DNA of 59,622 nucleotides from Puniceicoccales bacterium (GTDB lineage Bacteria; Verrucomicrobiota; Verrucomicrobiia; Opitutales; JAIRKQ01): NCBI GenBank assembly GCA_031260055.1, contig JAIRKQ010000030.1, positions 1 to 59,622 of the forward strand, read 5' to 3'. Shown piece by piece: positions 1 to 9,761 of this stretch (position 1 is its first letter; each line of letters starts with the position of its first letter). The notes under the pieces were generated by a model. It saw only the letters and a program-made list of their open reading frames with translations, ran no database searches and was not told where the DNA came from. The position numbers and the translations under genes were made by a program.

Positions 1-273
1 GGAGCCGGGGTCAAACTTGCCTTGTTCTAAGTCGGTAAAAAAAGTTCCCATCTCTTCTCTGTTCGTATTAAAACTAGCACAAGCGCGTTCAGGTAGGCCA
101 AACTTCTCTTTTAACGTCCATTGGTGGGTGTTTAATTGCGGCTGTGGATTCGATTCCGGCCCGCGTTGCACCGCTATTCCATGCTCCCCAATGGAACCGG
201 CTTGCGAGGGTGCTAATGGCGACTCCGAGGCCACTGTTTCTCCTTGAACTAAACTTGGATCTGGATCGCCCAT
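1..273 (-). CDS. Hypothetical protein, 5' part only (runs off window start); probable member of the 19918/54545 family
   Basis: ATG at 273, open for 91 codons to base 1 (MGDPDPSLVQGETVASESPLAPSQAGSIGEHGIAVQ...FFTDLEQGKFDPGS). Not in the ORF track because it has no stop in the window. The LEQGKFDPG motif matches the two paralogs. Confidence 0.7.
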   Translation of the reverse strand, partial: MGDPDPSLVQGETVASESPLAPSQAGSIGEHGIAVQRGPESNPQPQLNTHQWTLKEKFGLPERACASFNTNREEMGTFFTDLEQGKFDPGS

Positions 274-282
274 GGTGAAAAA

Positions 283-310
283 AGTGTAGGGCTAAATATT
301 TGGATGTCAA
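283..310 (-). promoter_or_regulatory. Sigma70-type promoter for the ORF starting at 273
   Basis: Minus strand TTGACA (305-310), 16-nt spacer, TACACT (283-288), ending 9 nt before the ATG. Confidence 0.55.
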
Positions 311-392
311 GACAAATAATTGGACAAATTTTGGGATTTATATGAAAAGCAGATGGTTTGATAAAAATAAGCAAAAAGACCTGAAAGAATGG

Positions 393-2078
393 CTATTGGT
401 CAAATAGACTATCGATGGATTTTACATATCGATTGCCGGATGCATCCGCAAATACGATGTGATCTCCACTCGCCTCCGAAATGAAAACCGTAGCATCATC
501 CGCTATCGGACCTCTACCATCAATGATTCTATCGTCAACTTTTATCTTGCACGAATTTTTATCGCACATCACTTCCGATACCCTATGGCTGTGAAAAAAG
601 CTGTCCACGGCCTTTTGAAGGTCAGTGTAGGGATTCGATCGACTTGGAGGAGCTTTCACAAGAGCGCGGTCTTTTTTCGACCTTTTGGGTTTTGAAGCGA
701 CGTTTTCATTTTCATAGCCGTGCAAAACGTAGTGTTTTCGCCTTAGGAGGTCTTTTTCATGCTTTACTTCAAGGGCTGCCCGAGCATACTCTATCTTCGA
801 TACTTGGCTATCGTAAATTCTTAACCCCACGAATGCTACAATCGAAAAAGCCAGGGGTAATACCACCGCAGGCTTTTGCAAGACTGCTAAAGCATTGCCG
901 TAAGAAAACTGAGCTTTCAGCGACGCACGAACATTCGAAATTGAAGATTTTAAATTTGTGGCATAGTTGGTACATGTCGTCCTAAAGGCATTGGCAGACT
1001 TTTTCAGGAAAGCATGGAAGGATATGAATGGATAGACAATGGTTTTTAGCGCAACATTGATGAACTTTTTGACAAATCGGAATACCATGCGGACGAATGT
1101 CAAAATTGAATTATATGCTTTGCGGATGATGTTTTTGACGGATAAGCATAGGAACAAAACTCCTTTACACGCCATTTGGCTGACAAAAATGGAATTGGCT
1201 ACCGAAAAATTTAGAACATTAATCAGCTTTTGGTTCCCGGATTTGATAAGACTTCGAGATTTTATCAAACAGGATCGCACAATACTGCTCCCTTTCGTTA
1301 CCAGCGAGCATGCCCAGTCGACTGGGCACATAACACCAACCTTCGTCACTTGCAAAGAAACAGCGAAGGCAAACTTTAACAAATGGGCGGTTTGGGAAAT
1401 AATTTTGAGGAATTGTCTGCAAAAGTTTGATACTGCTGACACCAGCGCCGTTTTGGCATGTTTGAATTTTTTGACAATTTTCCCAACTTTCCTCCTGGCA
1501 GCCCTATATATTTGGACGATTTTAGCAGCCAAGAAAGTAGCAACTTTCATCGCATATTGGAAAATAATTTTGAGGAATTGTCTGCAAAAGTTTGATACTG
1601 CTGACACCAGCATCGTTTTGGCATGTTTGAATTTTCTAACAATTTTCCCAACTTTCCTTTTGGCAGCCCTGTGCATTTGGACGATTTTAGCGGCCAAAAA
1701 AGTAGTAACTTTCGTCGCATATTGGAAAATAGTTTTGAAGAATTGTCTGCAGAAGTTTGATACTGCTGACACCAGCGTCGTTTTGGCATGTTTGAATTTT
1801 CTAACAATTTTACCAACTTTCCTCCTGGCAGCCCTATATATTTGGACAATTTTAGCAGCCAAAAAAGTAGCAACTTTTATCGCATATTTAGATATTACCT
1901 TCGGGGCTCTGATTATTTTCGAAGGCTTGGTCGCCAAGGCATTCTTGGTAAAACTTTTGGCCACCGTTGAAAATTTTCGTACCTTCTTTGACAAGTTTCT
2001 ATGCAAGTTGGGTTTGGCATTTTGTAAACGTCTATTTTTTTTTGAGGAACTTTTCATGTCGATCAATGGTGAGGTCAT
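393..2078 (-). CDS. Hypothetical basic membrane-anchored protein with three 55-aa tandem repeats and a small C-terminal domain
   Basis: 561-aa ORF starting 12 nt downstream of glgP on the same strand. K/R-rich amphipathic N-terminal region, one TM segment (VVLPLAFSIVAFVGLRIY), beta-rich C-terminal domain. Confidence 0.8.
   Translation of the reverse strand: MTSPLIDMKSSSKKNRRLQNAKPNLHRNLSKKVRKFSTVAKSFTKNALATKPSKIIRAPKVISKYAIKVATFLAAKIVQIYRAARRKVGKIVRKFKHAKTTLVSAVSNFCRQFFKTIFQYATKVTTFLAAKIVQMHRAAKRKVGKIVRKFKHAKTMLVSAVSNFCRQFLKIIFQYAMKVATFLAAKIVQIYRAARRKVGKIVKKFKHAKTALVSAVSNFCRQFLKIISQTAHLLKFAFAVSLQVTKVGVMCPVDWACSLVTKGSSIVRSCLIKSRSLIKSGNQKLINVLNFSVANSIFVSQMACKGVLFLCLSVKNIIRKAYNSILTFVRMVFRFVKKFINVALKTIVYPFISFHAFLKKSANAFRTTCTNYATNLKSSISNVRASLKAQFSYGNALAVLQKPAVVLPLAFSIVAFVGLRIYDSQVSKIEYARAALEVKHEKDLLRRKHYVLHGYENENVASKPKRSKKDRALVKAPPSRSNPYTDLQKAVDSFFHSHRVSEVMCDKNSCKIKVDDRIIDGRGPIADDATVFISEASGDHIVFADASGNRYVKSIDSLFDQ
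1396..1890. repeat. Three tandem 165-nt (55-codon) intragenic repeats
   Basis: aattttgagg/agttttgaag recurs at 1401, 1566 and 1731, an exact 165-nt period. Boundaries approximate. Confidence 0.95.
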
Positions 2079-2090
2079 TCTATGGATAAA

Positions 2091-4607
2091 TTACTCTACG
2101 TTGATGGGGACAAGATCCCAAATTTTTGCCGCATAATCTTTAATCGAACGGTCGCTGGAAAACTTTCCGGAACGTGCAATGTTCAAAATTGCTTTTTGTG
2201 CCCACTTTTTCTTGTCTTTGTATGCCTCGTCGATCTTCTTTTGTGTCTTCACATAATCTTCGAAATCAGCCAATACGAAGAACGGGTCACCGCCATCAAG
2301 TAGGCTATTTCTTATATTTCTAAGCGGAGCTTCCCCATATTTAGTTGCAAAGAAATTCGATGCCATCCAGTCTAAAATGGAACGTAGTTCTTCATTTTTA
2401 TTGTAGTAATCATAGGGGAAATAACCCTTTGTGCGGAGTTTTTTCAGTTCTATTTCCGTGTGGCCAAAAACAAAAATATTAGCATCTCCGACTTCTTCTT
2501 TAATTTCAACATTTGCTCCATCAAGGGTACAAATTGTGCAGGCTCCATTCATTGCCAGTTTCATATTTCCTGTGCCCGATGCTTCTTTCCCCGCCGTGGA
2601 AATCTGCTCCGATAAATCCGCTGCAGGAATAATATCGCAGGCAAGGGAAACATTATAATTGGGCAAGAATACCACCCGTATTTTATCATTGTTTGGATTG
2701 TTGTTTATCTCATTTGCCACAATGTTGATCCCGTGAATTATTTGCTTCGCCATGTAATATCCGGGAGCTGCCTTTGCTCCAAATATAAATGTTCGCGGCA
2801 CTATGTTCTTGTCGCCTTTAATGACACGTTTGTACAGGTGTAAAATGTGTAATAAATTGAGGTGCTGCCGTTTATATTCATGCAGACGCTTGATTTGTAC
2901 GTCGAACAGGGAATTTGGGTCAATCTCTATGCCACATAATTTTGAAATTTTTTTGGCAAGAGTTAGTTTATTTGACGTTTTAATTTCCAAAAACTTTCGT
3001 TGGAAAGTAGGATCGTCGGCAAAGTCTTCCAATTTCCGCAATTGTTCGGAATTTTCTGTCCACTTTTGCCCAATTGCTCGGTCGAGTAATTTTGAAAGAT
3101 TTGGATTGCAACATCTGATCCACAACCTTGGCGTTACACCATTGGTAACATTTGTGAATTTTTCCGGGTACATTTGATAAAATAGCGGAAATAGCAAATT
3201 TTTTACCAATTCCGAATGCATGGAGGCCACACCGTTTACGTATTTACAACACACGACAGCCAAATATGCCATGCGGACAACCTTATTTCCGTCGCCTCCG
3301 ATGATGGACAGGGCATGTTTCTTGGAATCATCGCCCGGCCATTTTTTTTCAACCTCCTCCGTGAGGAATCTGCGATTGATTTCGCAAATCAACTGATAGT
3401 GTCTTGGAAGCAAATGTTCAAACATCCCGACTGACCATTCTTCCAATGCCTCCGGTAATAGTGTGTGATTTGTATAAGAAAAAGTCTGTTTGCAAATATT
3501 CCAGGCCTTATCCCATGGAAAATTTTCTTCATCTAGTAAAATACGCAATAGTTCCACAATCCCAATTATGGGATGCGTGTCGTTCAATTGAATGGTTACC
3601 TTTTTGGCAAAGGAATCAAAACTTTTATTGCCATTTTTAAACCTACGAATGATGTCTTGTATGGAGCAGCTGACGAAAAAGTATTGTTGGGTCAATCTCA
3701 AAACTTTGCCTCCTTCCGTAGAATCGTCAGGATATAATACCTTTGAAATGGTATCATTTTTTACCTGCTTGTCCATTGCTTCAAAAAATTTGCCCTCGTT
3801 GAACATTTTCAGGTCAAACTCGCTCGCCGAACGTGCCTCCCATAGGCGCATAAAATTTACCGTATTTGATTTGTATCCAATTACTGCGATGTCCCAAGGT
3901 ACTCCCTGTATTGTTTCATAACCTTGCCAAACGGGTTTCAGATTTCCGTTGTTATCGTAGCTGTACTCGACTTTACCATACAGCTTGACAATTTGAGTAT
4001 TTTCCGGTCTACAAACTTCCCATGGTGTTCCGGACATTAGCCAATTATCAGGCTTTTCCACCTGTTTCCCATCCACCAGTTCCTGGCGAAAAAGTCCCAG
4101 CTCATAGTGAATTCCATAGGCTACGGCTGGATAATTCAGGGTCGCCAAAGAATCCTGAAGACAGGAAGCTAGCCGACCAAGCCCTCCATTCCCCAGTCCC
4201 ATATCTGGCTCTACATTTACAATATCATCGAAACTCTGTCCTAGGACTTCAAGCGCTTTCTTTGTATCGTCAAGGATGCCGAGGTTGATCAAATTGTTCT
4301 TCAATAGTCGACCCGGTAGATATTCCAGCGACATATAATAAACTCTCCGCACATTATTTGTGTGATGGACTTTTTGTGTGCGTATAAACTGGGACATTAT
4401 CATTTCTTTTATCATCAGGCACGCCGCTACCCACCAGTCGCGTAATGTCGCAGATGTTTGATCCCTGGCTAGGTCAAATTGTAAATGTTTAACTATTGAC
4501 CCTTTGATTCCCGATTTGAAATCCTGTGTTCGTATTCTCTCATCCATTAGCTTGCTTCCATTTTTTTTGGTTACTTCTATGACTTTCCCAAGATCTAATC
4601 TTTCCAT
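2091..4607 (-). CDS. glgP: Glycogen/starch/alpha-glucan phosphorylase
   Basis: Motifs GLGNGGLGRLASC, QLNDTHP, QIKRLHEYKRQ and EASGTGNMK (PLP lysine); 838 aa. Confidence 0.98.
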   Translation of the reverse strand: MERLDLGKVIEVTKKNGSKLMDERIRTQDFKSGIKGSIVKHLQFDLARDQTSATLRDWWVAACLMIKEMIMSQFIRTQKVHHTNNVRRVYYMSLEYLPGRLLKNNLINLGILDDTKKALEVLGQSFDDIVNVEPDMGLGNGGLGRLASCLQDSLATLNYPAVAYGIHYELGLFRQELVDGKQVEKPDNWLMSGTPWEVCRPENTQIVKLYGKVEYSYDNNGNLKPVWQGYETIQGVPWDIAVIGYKSNTVNFMRLWEARSASEFDLKMFNEGKFFEAMDKQVKNDTISKVLYPDDSTEGGKVLRLTQQYFFVSCSIQDIIRRFKNGNKSFDSFAKKVTIQLNDTHPIIGIVELLRILLDEENFPWDKAWNICKQTFSYTNHTLLPEALEEWSVGMFEHLLPRHYQLICEINRRFLTEEVEKKWPGDDSKKHALSIIGGDGNKVVRMAYLAVVCCKYVNGVASMHSELVKNLLFPLFYQMYPEKFTNVTNGVTPRLWIRCCNPNLSKLLDRAIGQKWTENSEQLRKLEDFADDPTFQRKFLEIKTSNKLTLAKKISKLCGIEIDPNSLFDVQIKRLHEYKRQHLNLLHILHLYKRVIKGDKNIVPRTFIFGAKAAPGYYMAKQIIHGINIVANEINNNPNNDKIRVVFLPNYNVSLACDIIPAADLSEQISTAGKEASGTGNMKLAMNGACTICTLDGANVEIKEEVGDANIFVFGHTEIELKKLRTKGYFPYDYYNKNEELRSILDWMASNFFATKYGEAPLRNIRNSLLDGGDPFFVLADFEDYVKTQKKIDEAYKDKKKWAQKAILNIARSGKFSSDRSIKDYAAKIWDLVPINVE

Positions 4608-4725
4608 TTTTTCCTAGCTCAAAAGGAATTGAATGTAAATTTTTAGTAATTTCAACCCAAAAATATTTAACTAGCAAATTTTTGATTTGACTTTCCTGTA
4701 ATGTCTCCATTTTAAAGGGCACGTT

Positions 4726-5730
4726 ATGGATAGTATAAATAATAGCGGTTTAAACAGATTTCTCGGCATAGTTCAACAAGGAGCCAGAGTTGTGGAAAAA
4801 AGAGTCATAAAAGCTGCTGGTACAGTTACGAAAGTTCTTCCAGGAATTCCTATACCTGTGCCACTCATGCAGGGTGCTAAGGTATTGGTGCAGGCAGTGG
4901 CACCACCGGCAGATAATAGTGCTTTCCCAGAGCACCCTCCAGTCCACATAGAAAACATGTTCAAAGAATGGAGTCCGGAACGTATCGATTTCGTTCGAAC
5001 TCATTGCATGAAACCATTTGAAGAATGTGAGGATACCCACCACATAGAAAGTCCGGATAAGGTTTTTGTTGCTAGGAGCGAACTTGGTCCGGATATTTCC
5101 GTTACACGGGCACGGGAATTTGGATTCATACTGCCTAAAAACATTAATCCAAATCTAAGAATAATACCATTGATGATAAGGTGCTTTGGGGTCGGGTCGG
5201 GAAGCACCCTGGCTCAAATTCAAGAGGGAGCAAGAAATATACTGGCATCTCAAACCGATAGGGTGGCATTTGCCAATGCCATGGTACTGTCTCACATCCA
5301 ATCGGTACGGCAGAGACTTGAAAACCCAAACGTTCTGGTTGTTCCATTCATAACAGGATTTTCCCTGGGAGGTATGTTTGCCAGTGCTATAGCAGTAAAG
5401 AATAATATCACATCAATGGTTTTCAATGGTTTAGGTCTCGGGAAAGACGGTTGTGATTTTGTTGGACAGAAGAATTGGGCATGGGCACAACAACATCCAA
5501 ATAGTTGCATTGCCATGTTTGTTGACCACGATTTTGTAGCATCACCAAATTCTCCATGGCGTAGTGTCATAAGAATACCAGGCCGCATTTTTCGCATACC
5601 AAGAAGAGAACTTACTAAGCCTACCTTTGCTGAAATGTCTGAAATCCATTTCTACAAAAAATATTTCGACCAAGCATACCAAGAATATCTTACTCTACAT
5701 CCACGTGCAGGTGGCCGATTAGTTGCTTAG
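4726..5730 (+). CDS. Alpha/beta-hydrolase (class 3 lipase-like) with low-complexity N-terminus
   Basis: Nucleophile elbow ITGFSLGG, candidate Asp (VDHDFV) and His (SEIHF); about 70-aa Pro/Gly-rich N-terminal extension. Confidence 0.65.
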   Translation: MDSINNSGLNRFLGIVQQGARVVEKRVIKAAGTVTKVLPGIPIPVPLMQGAKVLVQAVAPPADNSAFPEHPPVHIENMFKEWSPERIDFVRTHCMKPFEECEDTHHIESPDKVFVARSELGPDISVTRAREFGFILPKNINPNLRIIPLMIRCFGVGSGSTLAQIQEGARNILASQTDRVAFANAMVLSHIQSVRQRLENPNVLVVPFITGFSLGGMFASAIAVKNNITSMVFNGLGLGKDGCDFVGQKNWAWAQQHPNSCIAMFVDHDFVASPNSPWRSVIRIPGRIFRIPRRELTKPTFAEMSEIHFYKKYFDQAYQEYLTLHPRAGGRLVA

Positions 5731-5798
5731 AATAAGGAAATTCGCTAGAAGGAGATAAAGTGGTTTTCTCTTTTCTTCTTTTATTATTACACAAAGAC

Positions 5799-5828
5799 TA
5801 GGCATGAGGCTATGGTTTCTCATACCTA
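5799..5828 (-). terminator. Hairpin between the convergent lipase-like gene and cysS
   Basis: Minus strand TAGGTATGAG-N10-CTCATGCCTA, a 10-bp stem with one G-U pair, followed by gtctttgtgt. Confidence 0.5.
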
Positions 5829-5844
5829 AAGCACGAATCTACGT

Positions 5845-7260
5845 TTAGGGTTCATCTTTTTCTATGGTGTATGTGGTGGAAGAATCCTTTACAGTCCATC
5901 CATAACTGGACAACTCTTGGCGTAATCTATCGGCTTCGATGAAATTTTTCAATTGTTTAGCCTGCCACCTTAATTCTGCCAGTTTTCTTATTTCTTCGGG
6001 AACCTCAACGTCTTGTTCTCTATCGTCTAAGCGCAGGCCAAGGCAATACATGATCGTTGAAAATTCTTTATATAGCCCTTGCTTTTGTTCTTCATCCAAT
6101 GATTCGAGAGAGGTTTCGTTTATAAGCTTAAAAACACTTCCCAAACACGCAGGAGTATTCATATCATCCAAAAGTGCAGAAAATGCATTTCCTAAAAATT
6201 TCCATTCGGAAATTTCAAACTTTTGAACATCCCGCATTGGTGCAATTTTATGGAAAAAAATCTGCAGTTTTTCAATGGCATTCTTTGCCGCTACCAAATT
6301 GTTAAGCGTAAAGTTCAGCTGTTGACCATAATGGGCGGAAATGAGAGCATATCTCAAGCATTGGGCTGAATATCCTTTTTTCAAAATATCTCCTAGGGTG
6401 TACAAATTGCCCAAACTTTTTGACATTTTCGCCCCATCCACCAATAGGTGTGCCACATGCATCCAGTATTTGACAAATTTTTCTCCATTGGCACATTCGG
6501 ATTGGGCGATCTCGTTCTCATGGTGCGGAAATTTTAAATCCACCCCTCCCGAGTGTAAATCTATGGTACACCCCAGATATTTCTTCGCCATGGCGCTACA
6601 TTCTATGTGCCACCCGGGACGACCCTTCCCCCAGGGACTCATCCAAAAATTTTCACCATCTTCCGGTTTGGTTGATTTCCAAAGAGCAAAATCTGAAATA
6701 TTCTCACGGTCATATTCATCCGCTAAATTTTTTTTGCCGGCACTGTCGATTTCTTGGGTTTTCAGTTCCCGATTTTCAATATTCGAAAGTCTCCCATATC
6801 CTTTAAAAGACGAAATTCTAAAGTAGACCGAATGGTCCGGAGCAAGGTAAGCAAATCCTTTCTCCATGAGGGTTTTTATCATGTCGATTTGTTCATCGAT
6901 GTGTTCTGTGGCCTTGGGTTCAAAATCGGGCGATTTCATGTTCAAGGCTTTGCAATCTTCGTGGAAAATTTTCGTCCATTTTTCCGTAAAGGCTTTTAGG
7001 GAAACATTATTTTTTATTGAATCGCGAATGGTTTTATCGTCAACATCCGTAATATTTCTGGCCACGCAGGGATTATACCCTTCCACTTCTAATATGCGGG
7101 TGAGTACATCTTGTAAAAGATAGGTCCGAAAATTACCGATGTGGGCATAATTATAAACCGTCGGGCCACAGAAATACATCGTAAATTTCCCATGGGGATT
7201 AGGTTGTAATTCCTCCTTGGCATTTCCTAAACTGTTAAATAATTTCACTATAAAGGCCAA
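5845..7260 (-). CDS. cysS: Cysteine--tRNA ligase
   Basis: CGPTVYNYAHIGN, GRPGWHIECSAM, HHENEIAQ and KMSKS; TTG start. Confidence 0.98.
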   Translation of the reverse strand: MAFIVKLFNSLGNAKEELQPNPHGKFTMYFCGPTVYNYAHIGNFRTYLLQDVLTRILEVEGYNPCVARNITDVDDKTIRDSIKNNVSLKAFTEKWTKIFHEDCKALNMKSPDFEPKATEHIDEQIDMIKTLMEKGFAYLAPDHSVYFRISSFKGYGRLSNIENRELKTQEIDSAGKKNLADEYDRENISDFALWKSTKPEDGENFWMSPWGKGRPGWHIECSAMAKKYLGCTIDLHSGGVDLKFPHHENEIAQSECANGEKFVKYWMHVAHLLVDGAKMSKSLGNLYTLGDILKKGYSAQCLRYALISAHYGQQLNFTLNNLVAAKNAIEKLQIFFHKIAPMRDVQKFEISEWKFLGNAFSALLDDMNTPACLGSVFKLINETSLESLDEEQKQGLYKEFSTIMYCLGLRLDDREQDVEVPEEIRKLAELRWQAKQLKNFIEADRLRQELSSYGWTVKDSSTTYTIEKDEP

Positions 7261-7349
7261 TGTCTACTAAATAACACGATAAAAGCAAACTGTTTAAGAC
7301 CTTTGGTTTTTTCCGATCAAATATTTTTGAGCACCGATATCTTCAAGTT

Positions 7350-9494
7350 CTAATCGACGAGACCACTTCTTATGAACAGTGGTTCGATGTCAGGGTCTCT
7401 GCCCATAAAATCGCGGTATAAAACATCTGCTTCATCACTATCCCCTCTTGAAAGAATTTTTTCACGAAACTCGTCCCCAACCTCTCGGCTCAGCACACCA
7501 TGCTCTTTGAATTTGTTAAATGCGTCGGCATCAAGCACCTCAGCCCATTTATAGGAATAGTATCCTGCCGAATAGCCCCCTCCGAAAATGTGCTTAAAAC
7601 TCAAGGTTATGGTTGGCACATATTCTGACAGCGTAATTCTATACGTTCCCAAAACTTGCCTCAATTGACCTTCAATGTCCGTGTTTGCATAATTTTCATA
7701 CTTTTGGTGCAATTCCAAATCTAATTTTGCAAAACATAGTTGCCCCATCATCCCACTTCCGGACATGTGATTTTTCGCTGCGATCATCTTTCTAAACAGT
7801 TCTTCCGGTATTTTTTCTCCCGTTTCAAAATGTTTGGCGAAAATGTCGAGACTTTCCCGTTCCCAGCAGAAATTTTCCATGATTTGGGAAGGCAGTTCGA
7901 CGAAGTCCCAGGCGGTGTTTGCTCCATTCATTGAGGCATACTTGACCTTTCCAAACAAATGGTGCAATGTGTGACCAAATTCGTGAAACAACGTTTCCAC
8001 TTCTCTGTGGGATAACAATGATGGCGTGTCTTCTGTGGAAGGTGTCAAATTCGTGCAAATGGTAGCCGTTGGATAATGCCAAGTTCCGTCCCCATCCAAA
8101 TATCCATTTTTGGTGCTGCTCATCCATCCTCCCGCATGTTTTGACTCCCGTGGATGGATATCCATGTAGAGCCCACCAATGTAGGCTCCATGCTCTTCGA
8201 AAGCTTTAAAATATTTCACATCTTCATGCCAAACGGGAATTGCTTCGCCGGAAGGCGTATCACCTTCATTTTTCGTAAAAAATGTTGGCTGTTCCACAAA
8301 TTTTATGCCATAGAGCCGGTTCGCCACTTCAAATAGCCCGGCGATAACATTTTCCAATTGAAAGTATGGCCGCAGCTGTTCCTCGTCAAAATCAAACCTG
8401 GCTTTCCTAAGCTTTTCCGACATGTAGGATGTTTCCCAAGGCACTAATCTAGATTTTTCAATTCCCACAAACTCCGCTCGAAAGATTTCTAAATCATCAA
8501 TATCGCGGACAAAAAACTTCCGCGTCCTATCGTGCAAACTTTCAACGAAAGATAATGCCGTCGACCCATTTTTTGCCATTCTTCTTTTCAGTGCATAGTC
8601 TGCATAAGTTTTATGCCCCAATATTTTTGCTTTTTCATCCTTCAACCTTAGAATATCCTCGACTAATTTTTGATTACTATAGGGATCGTTGCAGCCGACG
8701 GTTAACGATGCGCGAAAGATTTCCTCGCGGAGCTTTTCATCCTCCAAATATTGCATGCATTTCCCCGAAGTACTTGGATTTAGAGAAATACGATAGCCTT
8801 CGTGATCATGCGCCTTTGCGTCTTCCCTCAAAACGTCGACGGTAATACTTGGCAAACCTTTTAATTCCTCGACATTATCCACATACCTCTCCCAGGCATT
8901 GCGAGAGTCTAGGACATTTTCTGCAAATTTCTGTGCTTTTTGAGATATTTCTATGTTTATTTCTTTGATTCGTTCTCTCTGTTTGCGTGGTAAATCTGCA
9001 CCAATATCTCGAAAACTGTCCAGGGTATCATCTAAAAGTTTTTTGTCGATTCCTTGTAAGTTTTGTGCCTCTTCCGTCTCAGCAAATATTTTTATTCTCA
9101 GCCAAAGTGCATCGTTTAGCAAAATATTCGCACTAAATTCCGCAACCCGTGGCAACATTTTGTTATGTTTCCCTCGAAGTTCTTCGGAATTGCACGTCGA
9201 ATCGAGGTGTGAGACATAGCCCCATGCCACATCGAGCGGGTCAGTTGCTTTCTCAAGGGCAATTATGGTGTTCCTAAATGTTAATTTATTCAAAGGCAAT
9301 GATGCAATTTCATCGATATTTTTTTGCGATAGCTCTATGGCTAATGAAATATCCGGCTCGATATATTTTGGCAGCAGCGTATGCCACTTGATTGGGTCAT
9401 CGTCCGCTAAAAATGGGTGATAATTTTTTTTCACTTGCTCTGCTTCTAAAAAGTTACAGATAAAAAACAACACCATTAGTACGAATTGTTTCAT
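7350..9494 (-). CDS. prlC: M3 family metallopeptidase (oligopeptidase A/Dcp-like) with putative signal peptide
   Basis: HEFGH zinc motif, DFVELPSQIMENF, GYSAGYYSYKWAEVLDADAF; hydrophobic N-terminus MKQFVLMVLFFICNFLEA. Confidence 0.9.
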   Translation of the reverse strand: MKQFVLMVLFFICNFLEAEQVKKNYHPFLADDDPIKWHTLLPKYIEPDISLAIELSQKNIDEIASLPLNKLTFRNTIIALEKATDPLDVAWGYVSHLDSTCNSEELRGKHNKMLPRVAEFSANILLNDALWLRIKIFAETEEAQNLQGIDKKLLDDTLDSFRDIGADLPRKQRERIKEINIEISQKAQKFAENVLDSRNAWERYVDNVEELKGLPSITVDVLREDAKAHDHEGYRISLNPSTSGKCMQYLEDEKLREEIFRASLTVGCNDPYSNQKLVEDILRLKDEKAKILGHKTYADYALKRRMAKNGSTALSFVESLHDRTRKFFVRDIDDLEIFRAEFVGIEKSRLVPWETSYMSEKLRKARFDFDEEQLRPYFQLENVIAGLFEVANRLYGIKFVEQPTFFTKNEGDTPSGEAIPVWHEDVKYFKAFEEHGAYIGGLYMDIHPRESKHAGGWMSSTKNGYLDGDGTWHYPTATICTNLTPSTEDTPSLLSHREVETLFHEFGHTLHHLFGKVKYASMNGANTAWDFVELPSQIMENFCWERESLDIFAKHFETGEKIPEELFRKMIAAKNHMSGSGMMGQLCFAKLDLELHQKYENYANTDIEGQLRQVLGTYRITLSEYVPTITLSFKHIFGGGYSAGYYSYKWAEVLDADAFNKFKEHGVLSREVGDEFREKILSRGDSDEADVLYRDFMGRDPDIEPLFIRSGLVD

Positions 9495-9761
9495 CGTGAA
9501 ACGTGGGTTAATTTTATTTATAAGACTCTCAATCTTATTTTACATAAAATATGTAAAATTATAGTGGCAAGCCCAAAGCCCCATTAAGATTTGCATATAA
9601 ATGAATTTGATGAAATACAATCCATCAAAAATTTTCGACTCCAAATGTCTGCCTATCCTAGGCACTAGGCAAATGTCGCGCCATGTTCCAATTTTTCCCT
9701 AAAAATTACCATTAAAAAATTTGTCTTTACAGTGTTTGAAATTTCTGCCAGAAAATTAATT

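Noticed and set aside
1039-2136. 365-aa plus-strand ORF antisense to the repeat protein
   Set aside because: One stop-free repeat unit copied three times explains most of its length. The minus-strand ORF fits the glgP gene order and has a TM plus domain, while the antisense frame has no motif.
9565-9586. GG-N10-GC sigma54-like matches upstream of the translocator candidate, on both strands
   Set aside because: They arise from the agccc direct repeat, match on both strands and deviate from TGGCAC-N5-TTGCW, so they are not supportable without data.
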